Source: a virus
Lineage: Duplodnaviria; Heunggongvirae; Uroviricota; Caudoviricetes
Reading direction: 5' to 3' (one strand)
IMG/VR virus record: IMGVR_UViG_3300030339_000005
Length of the DNA stretch: 64,000 bases
The translations under genes and the position numbers were made by a program. This document shows, in pieces, positions 47,448 through 58,738 of this stretch. Position 1 is the first letter of the stretch; every line of letters begins with the position of its first letter. Under the pieces are notes generated by a model that saw nothing but the letters and a program-made list of their open reading frames with translations, was not told the DNA's origin and made no database searches.

Positions 47448-48670
47448 TATTGACGACTAACTATAGATAATGTTTCACCATTACCTTCGATTTTTAACTC
47501 AATATCTCCAGCAGTTCTAACTGATGGTGTAATAGTCATAGGATTATCCTTATCAAGACCTTGTATTTTATATAACTCAGTTAATTTTTCTTGTAAAATA
47601 CTGAGGATTCCTCCCATAGTATTTGGATCTGTATAAGTTCCACTTATAGATTCTCAGATTGTATCCGCTAAAGCAACATAATCTACACCTCCACTAGAGG
47701 CTAAATTTAGTTTACTTCCCATTGTCCCAGTTTTATTAAAATCAGTAGCTATACTGTTTCATACATTAGCTGCTAAACTTTCTGGGGATAATTCTGTAAA
47801 AGGAGTAATATCAGCAGAAATATTAGCTGATGCTTTTATGTTAGATTCTAAGGATCCAATTGCATTAATAGCAATAACTAAATTTGCAATAGCTTTAATA
47901 TTAGCAGTTAATGCTCCAATTCCTTGTATATTAGAAGTAATATTTCCAGCAATAGAAGCTCTTCCTATTAAGGAAGACAATCCATGCATTGTTACAGAAA
48001 TATTTTCTGTATAAATGCCAGTTCATAAATTTGCACTAAATATTTGTCCATATCCGCTAAGATTAGCAGCAGCCTCAATAATACCTGAAAGAACAGGATC
48101 AGTAAAAAATTCTCCTAATCCACTTATAGTAGATTCGAGTTTAGCTATTGCAGTAATGTCAGAACTTAGTAATCCTTGTCCATCAATAGTAGAAATAACA
48201 TTAGCAATTGCTTTTATGTTAATATTAGTAAATCGACCTAAACCATTAAGATGGGATGAACTAATTCCAGCTTTTGCAAGTATATTAATATTATTGAATA
48301 ATCCTATTCCACTAATTTTATCTGTAGAAACAACATCTGCAGGAGCTTGAATTGCTGTATTTGAATCAAATTGTCCTATTCCATTTATTAATGTAGTTTC
48401 AATTCTTCTACCAGCAGCTGCATAAGCATTAATGAAATTACCAGTCGCTAAGATTGATGACGTTGCTGCCATCCCTCCTTCGCGAATTGGTAAATTTCAT
48501 GATGTTGGAGTTAAATTTCCAATTGGAACCCCATAATAAATACTCATGCCTCCTTCACCAACATATCTATTTAACATGCGAGATAGTTGAGAAGTTCTCA
48601 TCTCACTTGTATATCCAACTGAATTATATGGTTCAGCGAAACGTAATGATATATTTTGAAGAAGTCCCAT
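47447..48670 (-). CDS. Tail/virion-appendage protein with Ala/Ile/Gly-rich repetitive middle (about 407 aa, code 4)
   Basis: Starts MGLLQNISLRF; VPIGNLTPTS-W-NLPIREGGM; joins the 48023 and 47759 fragments; TAA at 47447. Confidence 0.75.
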
Positions 48671-48673
48671 GTT

Positions 48674-50770
48674 TTATGATCAAGCAAAATCTACATAACC
48701 CATAAATGCTGTTCCTGAAGCAGTAACTGCACCTGAATGATGTAAGAACATTAAACATGCACCATCTCTAACACGTGGTAATGATGGTAATTGATTCATT
48801 AAATCTCTTTCAGCAGCTACAAACGCTGTAGTTAGAGGAATCGAAGCTAGTTGTTTACAGACAATTAAATCTACAGCAGCATCAGCAGTTGCTTGAGCTG
48901 CAGAAAATTGAAATAAATCAGCTTTTTGTATACCATAATCTCCTGCAGCCAAAGGAATAAAAGGACCATATTTACCAGCACCAACTCCTGAATGAGGAAT
49001 ATGTGATACGACGTCTGAAGCAGTCATATTAATAGTAGCACCATTTCATTTATTATCAACATTTGATTGATTGGTATAACTAATTACTGATGTTGCAGCA
49101 TTAGCTCCATTACTTAAAGCATTATCCATTACGTAATACATTCTTACTCCACCACCATAATTTGCAGTAGTTTCAGCATCACATCTTGGTATTAAAGGAG
49201 TACAAATAACATGACTTATACGACCATTAAATGATGCATCGGGCGTAAAAGCTAAAGTATAATTACTTGTTCCACAAACAATAATTTCTTCATATGTTCC
49301 ATCAGTACTTCTAGAAGCACTTGCAGTTCCTCCACCTAATGATACAGCAACTGTGCCAGCACTTCTATTAGCAATAGTAAAAGTTACTCGATATGGACAT
49401 TTTGCAACTACTGGTAATAGAGCCTGTTCTAAAGTAGTTGATGCACTTGCTGTACGTTCAACATCATTTGTTCTATATGCCCATCCTGAATTAGCAGTCC
49501 ATCCTGTAGCATTACCAGCAAAGTTTCCATTATATAGAACTCCATCATAATTTGCCCATCTTATATCGTCCCAATAAACACTAAATCCTTGTGCTTTATT
49601 ATTAACTACTTTCATCCCAATAGAAATAACAGTATCTTTATCTGTTGCTGTTACACCTGATACATCAAGACGAACTCTTGTTCAAGTGTTAGCTGTAAGA
49701 GCAGGAAGAGCAACATCTTGAGATGATGCTAAAGAAGCACTTTCGTCTGTACAAAAAGCTATATCTCCTGCATTTAAATTAATAGTAGGTCTTACTCAAG
49801 CATATATATATTTAGCTTGTACATAATTATAACTTGTAGACGCTAAAGCAACTACTCTACTTCCAACAATACCTGTTGTAAAAGTTGCATTATTTACTGT
49901 TAGTTTAACACAATAAAGATTACTTGTATTAGCGCCAGTAACTCCTTCAGTTGTTTTAAGAACTAAAGAGTTGGCTGTATTTGCTGGAGTTTGTTCATTT
50001 CATCCAACTTGACAATTATGTACTATGTTTCCTGTATCTGAATCAGATCCATGTAAGCATTGAATTGCTGCAGAATCAGTTTTTATTCTTGGATATACTC
50101 CTAAGACATCTACTATTGATAATACAGATGGTACACCTGTTGCAGCATTAGTTCATGCCCCAAAATTTATCATATGTTTTGTATCTCCATTTGGAGTATC
50201 TCCTCCGTGTCACATTGCACCTTCAGTTAAATCATTATACGGAATAAATGATCCATATGCTGGTTGAACAGAAACTAAATCAACTGTTCCTGCAAAAGTT
50301 GCATCTGGTGTAAATGTTATATTTTTATCAGTTGATCCACACACTAAAATTTCTCTAAATGTTCCTGCAGCTGATCTTGCTGTTCCAGCTGTTCCACCTA
50401 GTGAAACTGTAATTGATCCAGCAGTTCGAGTAAGAACATAAGTAACCATATAAGACTGCCCTCTTGTCATTCTTATAGTTTGATAAAGAGTGGATAGATC
50501 AGCATTAGCTGTTCTAGTCATTATATGTGATGCAGCAGTGTATGCTCAGTTTGATGTCGTAACTATTCATGGTTGTTGTGATGTAACAAAATCATAATTT
50601 GTTACTAAATTCCCATGTAAATATTGTGCAGGATTTCCATTTCCCTGTTGCAAGTCATATCAATTACCAGCTACAGCAGTACCTCCTGCATATAATTTTA
50701 TAAAATCTTGTCTCCAAGTTTTTCCTGCGGATACTTCACTTATGAAGTTATCTATACTTGTAAATCCCAT
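48674..50770 (-). CDS. Putative tail/receptor-binding protein with inserted beta-rich modules (about 698 aa, code 4)
   Basis: Starts MGFTSIDNFISEVSAGKTWRQDF; joins the 50210, 49046 and 48680 fragments; ends DFA-W-S*; paralog of 50783-51634. Confidence 0.8.
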
Positions 50771-50782
50771 TGTTTATTTTTA

Positions 50783-51634
50783 TTAATTTCATATAAATGT
50801 AAATTCTCCCAGAACTGGCACAGCCGCGATTCCTCCTGATGGCATTACTAATAAATTAAGATATGCACCATCATAAATTCTTGGAAGTGATGCTTTATCT
50901 TTGATAAAGTCATATTCTGCCCATGCAGTAGCTTCTCTTGTCATTAGAGTAGCTATAGGTCTTACTAATACTAAAGTAGCTAGACCACCATTTGGAGAAA
51001 GAAATGTAATTGATTGTATACTTTTTATTCCTAAATCTCCAGCAACTAATGGAATGAAAGCTTGATAATTATTTAAGCCTGCAGTATTTGAATTAACAAT
51101 AGTTCCAATAAATGTAGAATTATTAGTAATTAAAATCTGACTAGTTCTTGCCTCATCCTCTGTGTTTGTATATTTTATCTGAAATCTTGCTCCTCCTACA
51201 TAAGGGTTAGTTGCTACAAGAAAGGCTTGCACACCAACGCCATCTGTATATCTTGGAAGAGAGGTTGTACTATTATCAAGTAGTTGTTCGTCTGTGTTAT
51301 CCATATCTATAAGTGGATAATACATTAAATAATCACAAAGAAGAAATGGGGCGGGAGCCATTACAGCATTGCTAGAATATAACATTGCTTTATGTAAATA
51401 TTTTGTTTTAGGACTAACCGCTCCCCCATGATATATTCCTTTTTTGTATCAATTACTTGGAATAGTAGCTTCTTTTTCTCCTCCTACATAATAGTTAGGA
51501 GCGGGATTACCAGTGGTCATAGATAAATCTACTCAGAATCCTGCTCCTGAGCTAATAGCAGGAACTTTTCTAATATAGGATAATATATTTTGTCCACTCT
51601 CGTATCCAGATACTACTAAATCTTTAATACTCAT
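50783..51634 (-). CDS. Putative tail protein, paralog of the downstream gene (about 283 aa, code 4)
   Basis: Starts MSIKDLVVSG; GF-W-VDLS...GNP, LPRYTDGVGV, SLPRIYDGAYL; ends FI-W-N*. Confidence 0.8.
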
Positions 51635-51774
51635 TATTTTATATTTATGCCTCCATTAGACGTTACTTTGCTACTTATTTCAGCGATAATAGGCGCATTA
51701 CAAGTGCAAGCTTTAATCATTGTTTTATCAGGTAATATAATTACTGATAATTTACATTTTGAACACTTATACAT
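51634..51774 (-). CDS. Small Cys-rich protein (46 aa, absent from ORF track)
   Basis: MYKCSKCKLSVIILPDKTMIKACTCNAPIIAEISSKVTSNGGINIK*; TAATG-coupled at both ends. Confidence 0.75.
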   Translation of the reverse strand: MYKCSKCKLSVIILPDKTMIKACTCNAPIIAEISSKVTSNGGINIK

Positions 51775-52184
51775 TAGTCTTCAGTTATTACAAGTGAACC
51801 TATTGCAAATTGTGGCTGAACAAGTTGGGCAATAGCTAATTGATCATTTAATGCTCCAGAATAGAGAATTTGTCCAGGACCGCTGGCTGTAGTTACAATA
51901 GCTACATGTGTTATTGGACTTCCAGGTGTTGCTCCACAAATATCAAATTGAATCTGTGCAGCATTTGAAAATGAAGATCCTCCATCCGTCCAACCTGTAG
52001 CTTTAACAATTTGTTTGCGAACATAGTTAGTGTATGTAGTTTCATTTGTAATAGCAGTTCCTGCTTCATCTGGGTTTGCTGTATAGAGCGCGACATATAA
52101 ATTTGCACTCGCTCTCCAAGAAGGATCTGTTCCTTGTAAAATTGCTTTGAGAACATCATTCTCAGTTAGATTACTTTTACTCAT
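51774..52184 (-). CDS. Phage tail-associated structural protein
   Basis: SNLTENDVL...LYVALYTANPDEAG...NETTYTNYVR...SFSNAAQIQF...ITHVAI...GQILYSGAL pattern, common in tail modules (recalled). Confidence 0.75.
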   Translation of the reverse strand: MSKSNLTENDVLKAILQGTDPSWRASANLYVALYTANPDEAGTAITNETTYTNYVRKQIVKATGWTDGGSSFSNAAQIQFDICGATPGSPITHVAIVTTASGPGQILYSGALNDQLAIAQLVQPQFAIGSLVITED

Positions 52185-52193
52185 TTTAATATT

Positions 52194-52607
52194 TTATTTA
52201 TTTATTTTATTTGCATCTACTTTAGTTATAAAGCCTTTACTATCTCTATGAACTATAAATTCTCAATTAGTTTTTTCCTCTTTATTAAGAGTTTTTAATT
52301 CATCTAATTTATTTTCTATTAATTTACCAAGATTCACAATAGAACTTGGTAATGCACTTTTTACAGTTGCTATTTCTCTTATAATTTCTGATGCATCAAA
52401 TTGTGTTTCTGAATCAGTTTTTGATAAAGAGATTAAAATCTCTTTTAAGACATTAATGATTTCTTTATGTCTTTTGTCCTCTAAGAGCTTTTGAAAATCA
52501 TCTTCCGAATCAGAAGAATCCTTTAAAGCATCTAAAAGTTCTTTGTGTCTTTTATCCTCTAAAAGTTTATTAAAATCTTCTTCTTCGGAATGATTTTCTA
52601 ATTCCAT
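52194..52607 (-). CDS. Hypothetical protein (about 137 aa, code 4) with an internal repeat
   Basis: TGA at 52263 reads on into W-EFIVHRDSKGFITKVDA; duplicated DFxKLLEDKRHKE. Confidence 0.75.
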
Positions 52608-52831
52608 AATTCTTTAATTAAATTATTTAATTCTTTTAATTCCTTTTTAATTTTATCCTGTGTTGCTTTTGCTGTAACAGGATCATTACTATCAACTAAT
52701 TCCTTGGTTGTTAAGAAGTCAAGTTTTAAGGTAGGTTTACTTTTTTGAATCTCATTACTTAATTGTTCCTTTGTATCCTCGATTTGAAGCTTAGTCGCAG
52801 TAATTTGATTTTGAATTTCTAATTTTTCCAT
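52598..52831 (-). CDS. Coiled-coil hypothetical protein
   Basis: 77 aa; TAG stop. Confidence 0.65.
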   Translation of the reverse strand: MEKLEIQNQITATKLQIEDTKEQLSNEIQKSKPTLKLDFLTTKELVDSNDPVTAKATQDKIKKELKELNNLIKELWN

Positions 52832-53352
52832 ACTTTTAATATATTTGAAATATTATAATTAATGGATCCTCCTTTATGAAAGGTGGGATAAAATTTCTTA
52901 TAATTTTCTGTAAATTGCTTTGCTAATTTAGGTTTTTCCATAATAGTGTCACCATGAGCAATAGCATTCTTTAAGCCATCTCATTTTTTAAATGCAGGAT
53001 TGGTAAAATCAACTAAATTTCCATTAACTTCTTGAACTTGTGGATAAACGACAGCTTGTCCATTATATCCAGCTCAAGCTATTTTATGTGTTGAGTATCC
53101 ATTAGGATCCGCTCAATTTGGCATAGTTAATCTATTTGGATCTTTAAGTCTATTAATAAAATTAACGTCTTTTTTATTAATTCTATCAATAAGTATTTTA
53201 AGTTCTCCTCCTTTTTGATGCTTACTGAATCCTTTAGATTTAAATCTTTTAGCCAAAGCTTTTCTACTTGGTGTACAAGTAGCTTTAGTCATTGGAGTAC
53301 AATATCCTTTATGTTTAGGATTTACAGCTGTTTTGATTCAATCTTTTGCCAT
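52819..53352 (-). CDS. Basic virion-associated protein (about 177 aa, code 4), invisible in the standard code
   Basis: MAKD-W-IKTAVNPKHKGYCTPMTKATCTPSRKALAKRFK...HQKGG...FHKGG; TAATG-coupled start; TAG at 52819. Confidence 0.75.
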
Positions 53353-54344
53353 TATTCAATTTCTTCTAAAAGTCCAGTTCTATCATCAGTATTTTCAAGA
53401 ATTTCCTCAGTTAAGAATTTTCCACATTTAATAGCTAATTCATCAGAAGGATTTTCTTGATATTGTTTGAAATATTCTTCAAGTTGATTCGTAGTATCCT
53501 TTGCAAAAATAATTTCATTTGCTTCAATTTCTGCATGTTGAGTAATATCCCCACCTTCATTATATGTAATGACAGGAATACCTTTATCAGTCACTTGCTC
53601 AGCTATTTCTTCTGGAAGATTATTTTTTCTTGCATGTAAGGCTCCTTCTGGAATTACATTAAGTTTACCACCATCTTGAAACTTTTTAACATCAAGTGAT
53701 TTATTTCTACTACTTATTAATTTTCGAATATCATCAAGTTTAGCCCCATCTTTTGCACTTAACATTTTAGTTTTATAATTTCCCATTAATCCACTCATAA
53801 GTTGATTTTGGTTATTACTTGCTATATCCTGTGCATAAATAGCTCCAGCTTGAGCTCGATCATTTGCAGCACTTTCAAGTGCGCCAGCATTAGAATTAAA
53901 TTCATCAGCTGCTTGGGTTTGTTTATTAACTAATTTATTTTTACCAAATCAAGTTGATATTAAAGAACCCTTTTTTCCAGCATTTGTACTTGTTTGCTTC
54001 TGATATGCATTTAATGTTAATCCTGAAGTTTGTTGTTTTGCAGTTGTTTTACCAAAAGATCTATTTGCAAAGTCTAATGCTTTAATTCCTAATCCAACTG
54101 CTGGATTAAACATCGTGGCTGCATCTCCTGCAGCAGATAATACATCATCCGCTCCAGTAGTTAATTCAGCTTGTGGAATAAAGGCTTTTCCAAGATCCAT
54201 TGCCATAGAACCAATGATGCCAGCTGGAGAAATTCCTTTCCCCAGGGCACCAGCAGCTTTATTTTGAAATCCCATGAATGTTTGTAAACCTATTGCAGTT
54301 AATCCACCAGCAGGAGTTTGATATTTTTTTATTAATTTAGGCAT
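53352..54344 (-). CDS. Cargo-type virion protein (about 330 aa, code 4)
   Basis: Fragments 53949 and 53352 join at one TGA (ST-W-FGK); KFQDGGKLNVIPEGALHA...AEIEANEIIF. Confidence 0.8.
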
Positions 54345-57300
54345 AGCTTAATGTAAATAATGTTTTAATTACGCTAATTAGAGCTAACTCAGTTCCTGAA
54401 TAATTAATTCTAATTTTAACATATTTGTCTCTTGTCTTCATTTCTTTTAATGGAGTATATTTTAAAACTCCTCCACTTAAATAAGCATACTTAAATGAAA
54501 GTGGTTTAATTTGTACATCTCATGAATCTTCTACATAATGCATATTTCCTCTAATTCGACCATACTTTGGATTACCTATATTTAATCCCCTTTGTTTATA
54601 TTTAACTAAGTATTCATTTGTTCTATAGTCTTTAACCAATTGAACCATATAATCACTTAATACCATATCACTGGGTAGATCTTCATCAAAATTTCGACTT
54701 AGGTCAATATAAGGTAGTTTTTTAATCTCTGGATGAAGTATCAAATATGTTAAATATTTATCTTCAAGTGTTCGAATCTCAGGATGAGTATTCATATAAT
54801 CAATATATGCTGTACCAAGTACAGGACTTGTATTTGTAACATCATTTAATGCATATACTAAGGCTTTATTATCAACTCACTCATAACCTTCACCAACAAT
54901 ACTATAAGAAAAACTTTCAGGCGATACCTTATTAGATATAATTTTTATATTATCAAAAATTTTCTGAATACCTGGAACACCAATAACTACAAATTCAAAA
55001 CTGAATTTCTCTTGTTCTCCGTACCATTTGGTTGGATATATTAATTGTTGACCATCAATAATTCCAGCAAAGCCATGCTTTCAAACGCGACTTTTCTTAT
55101 CAGGTTTAAGAAATGCTAATCCATCTAATAATATGATATCTGTTTTATTGGAAAAACCATAAGCAGCTAAACTAACCCCTAAAATATAGGAACAGTTTTT
55201 TATCATATTATTGTCAAAGGTATAAAAAATATTGTTAATATTTTCTGAAAATCCTGGAATTCATGAATATCTCGTTACAAACTTTTCTAAGATCTCGTTA
55301 AAACAAATACTCCATTCTGTAAGTCCATTAATAAATGTAAAAATAACATCTTGCTTATTTGCATTATAATGTGTTTTAATATTTCTAAATCCAATAATTG
55401 GATACTTAGCAGATTCCGTTAAATCAATATTCTCATTTAGAAACTTCTGCAATTTTAAATCTGAAATTACTTCAAATTTTTGTCCATTGGTTCTCCATAA
55501 TTTCTTAGCATTGGTATCAAAGCCATAGATATAATTAGGAGTTTTAATTATAGAATCTTTTCAAGTAGAGCCAAAAGTTTCGGACAAGACTTTTGGATTC
55601 TTTGGAAGAACATTTTCAGTATTAATGTAGACATTTTCTCCGTTTGCGTTAGTCATTAGTGCTCGTTCATTAATAGGAATTATAACAACCCCATTTTCCA
55701 TTACGCAGACTAATGATCCAAATCAATCTACTAATTTAACAATAGCGCCGTAATTCATTGTATAATCTTGATAATGTCCACTTCTAAATACTTGATATCC
55801 ATTACGATATAAGTCTGTAATATGAACATCGGAGTATGCAATTCTATTATAGAATTTTGTTTTTAAGTATTGTGATTCAGGTAATTCAAAATTATATTTA
55901 TCAGAAGTAGTTTTACTAATTCCTGAATTTATTACATTTGATTCTGGTAATGAATTATATCTATTACCTTTATCAAGAGGAAAGAAACTTCTTTTTCTTC
56001 TATGCAAAGCTTCCTCTTCAGCTCTTGAAAAGTCAACATCTCTTAAAGATAGATTTACATTACTAAAGATTTTAAAAGTAACTCAATGTCCTAATGGGAC
56101 AGCATTAACATCAGGAGAACTAATTTTACTGCATCCAAAAGTTCCAACCTTATCAGAATATTTAGCATAATTACTATCTCCAGGTTCTAATATTTTAGTA
56201 CCTTTTAATGTATATAAAGGAATAAGTCTTTTATAATTAATCAAACCTGTACCAGCAGTATCTTCAGCTGTTGTAGCCTCTAAATGACCTGTTGGAACTA
56301 TTGCATTTGAGGCAGATTCGCCTGTTATTCCAGCATTAGTATCAGTAATCCCAGGAGTAGAAGTTAAGTCCTTATAGTACTTAGTAACAACATGGTAATT
56401 TTTATGTCAGCCTAACTTATCTAATATTTTAGTATTAGTAGGCATTTGAGGATCAATAAAATTCCAGTTCATTCTATGTGTATAAGTACAAATATAACAA
56501 TCTCCTCTATATAAACTTGAAGTTATATAATTTTCAGAAGCTGTTATATTTTTTCAAGCAAAACGATCTGAGATTGCATTGAAAGGAGTTGCATCATCAT
56601 AACGAATTTTAAAATAATCATTTCAGTACTTATTAAAGTCATAATTACTTTGATAAATATTATAATAATGACAATCTAATAATGATTGAGAAACTCCTAA
56701 ATAAGTATTAAACTCTCCTCTAATTAAGTATGGAGATTTAGATAATAAATTTGCATCTGCTTGCGAGTCAGTTGTAGTATAATCATCGACACTTCCATAC
56801 TTAATATCCTCAGCTTTATATGCTACATAGGGATCTCCAGCTTTTGAAGAGAAGTAATCAATACCATTTGTTGTTAAGTCAATACCAGGTTCTACTAAAG
56901 TTACTCTAGTAAGAATATCTGGAGTTGATTCTACTTCAGGACTTTTGACTATATCTTTTAAAGTAAAGCGATAATATTTTGTATTGGTTTTATCAGTACT
57001 TAATTGATCAAAAACTTTACTTCCTTGATACTTAGACAAACGTAATTTATAATTAGATGAGTTAAAGAAATTATTTAATATTGAAGTTCGAACACTTGCC
57101 TCAGGACAAAGTGCGGCTTTAGTTTCTACATATGTTGGAGAATTTAATAAAAAAGCATAACTGCCAATTGATAAAGTATTTTTATCAGATAGAGGAGTTA
57201 AAAAAGATTGGGCAAAATACTGTCCATTACTATTTTTAAGAACTGGAATATTTCCATTTTTAGTTTTAGCAATTGCAATTGTTTGGGCAATAATATCTGG

Positions 57301-58737
57301 AATCCTTGGTTGTCTTACAACAAAGAATCCTTTAGTTAAAGATTGCAAACCTGATCGTATAATTTGTCCTGACTCATCTTTACAATCTGCCATAATATTA
57401 GATGGGATTGTAATTCCTAATCCAATAGGTTTAATTGGATCTGATTTATTTATAATTTTTACAGTATTAGAATTAATTTTAAAGACTCCTTTTGCATTTT
57501 CTAATGGATTGACCTCAAGACTATAATTATCATTTACTTTTATTTTATAAATTCCTTGTGTGTTAGTGTCAATAATAGGAATTGAATTAAAGGTTGTAGA
57601 ATCTGTTAATTCTTTAACACCTCTAATATTAAATACAGGAGATAATGAATAGTCATTCATAATATAAACAATACCTAGTCTATAAATCTCTTCATCCCAA
57701 TATCCAAGTCTGTAATAAATATTATTTGGATTATAATACTCATATTTATTTCCAGTATTACTATTTGCAATTTCTTGATAATTAGGATCTAAATTTCCAA
57801 TAGTTTCAGTATGAGTTAATCTTGGTGTAATTCGAAGACTTAGGTCTTTTAATTCTTCATAAGTACTGTAACTATTAGTTATATTTCCAAGAAATAGCAT
57901 ATTTTGAACTTGTGCTTGAGTCTTTACGGTATCAATTGTTTGAAATCCAGAATTAATATCAGTTATTGATACTTCTTCTATATCCTCATAACCATTAATA
58001 ATGAGTTTAGTTGAAGTGCCCTTAACTTTATACGGTTCCTTAATTACAAAAGCCTTTAAGATTGATTGAATTGAGTCATTTCCAGTATTAATTGTATAGT
58101 AAACCTTAATATAGGGAAATGATAAATCAATATTATTAAGAGTAAAAGAGATAAGTTTTTGACTATTTTCAAAATCTAATCCACCTCTAATTGATTCAGG
58201 TTCATTAACTGTTCCAATATAACAAACAACTTTTCCAGACTCTGATACAAAATCAGTCTCATTTCCATCCGCATCCGCATATTTAAAATAAAACGTATAA
58301 TTTCCAATTGATAATTTTCCGCCCGATTCAACTCCATTAAAAGTTAAAGTTGGAATCTCTTGAGCTACTTTTAATAAGCCTGCTTCTACTTCGAAATAAT
58401 TTTCATTATAGATGTTTGTATCAATATCTCCATTTCTGTCAGCTACATCAAATGTATTATCTTCACCTACAATAAATCTTGAATTTATTAATTTTGGTTT
58501 ATTCTTATCATCATTCAGAATTAAATTTACAGAACCATCATAGGATGGCTGTACTTCAATATCAATGGGATTTGTTAATGATGCTCCAAATAATTTATTA
58601 TCTATTTTTAATTCTTTTAGTTGTCCATCACTTCCTAATAAATTATAGAAGTTAGCATAATTATACACAAGATTTCCAGATTTCTGTAAACCTTGTGTAT
58701 AAGTAGTTAGGATAAATGATAATTTTGGTATCTTCAT
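54337..58737 (-). CDS. Tail stabilization/muzzle-type protein, C-terminal part (about 1466 aa, code 4)
   Basis: Four fragments in frame; YRGDCYICTYTHRMNWNFIDP; C-terminus RDKYVKIRINYSG...IKTLFTLSYA* resembles recalled crAss muzzle proteins. Confidence 0.75.
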
Positions 58738-58738
58738 A

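Noticed and set aside
15033-53639. Short + strand or off-frame ORFs inside late genes (for example 15033..15257, 16636..16986, 23114..23359, 31099..31392, 36097..36426, 48015..48350, 51647..51835, 53215..53460)
   Set aside because: They overlap long code-4 genes and show shadow-type composition.
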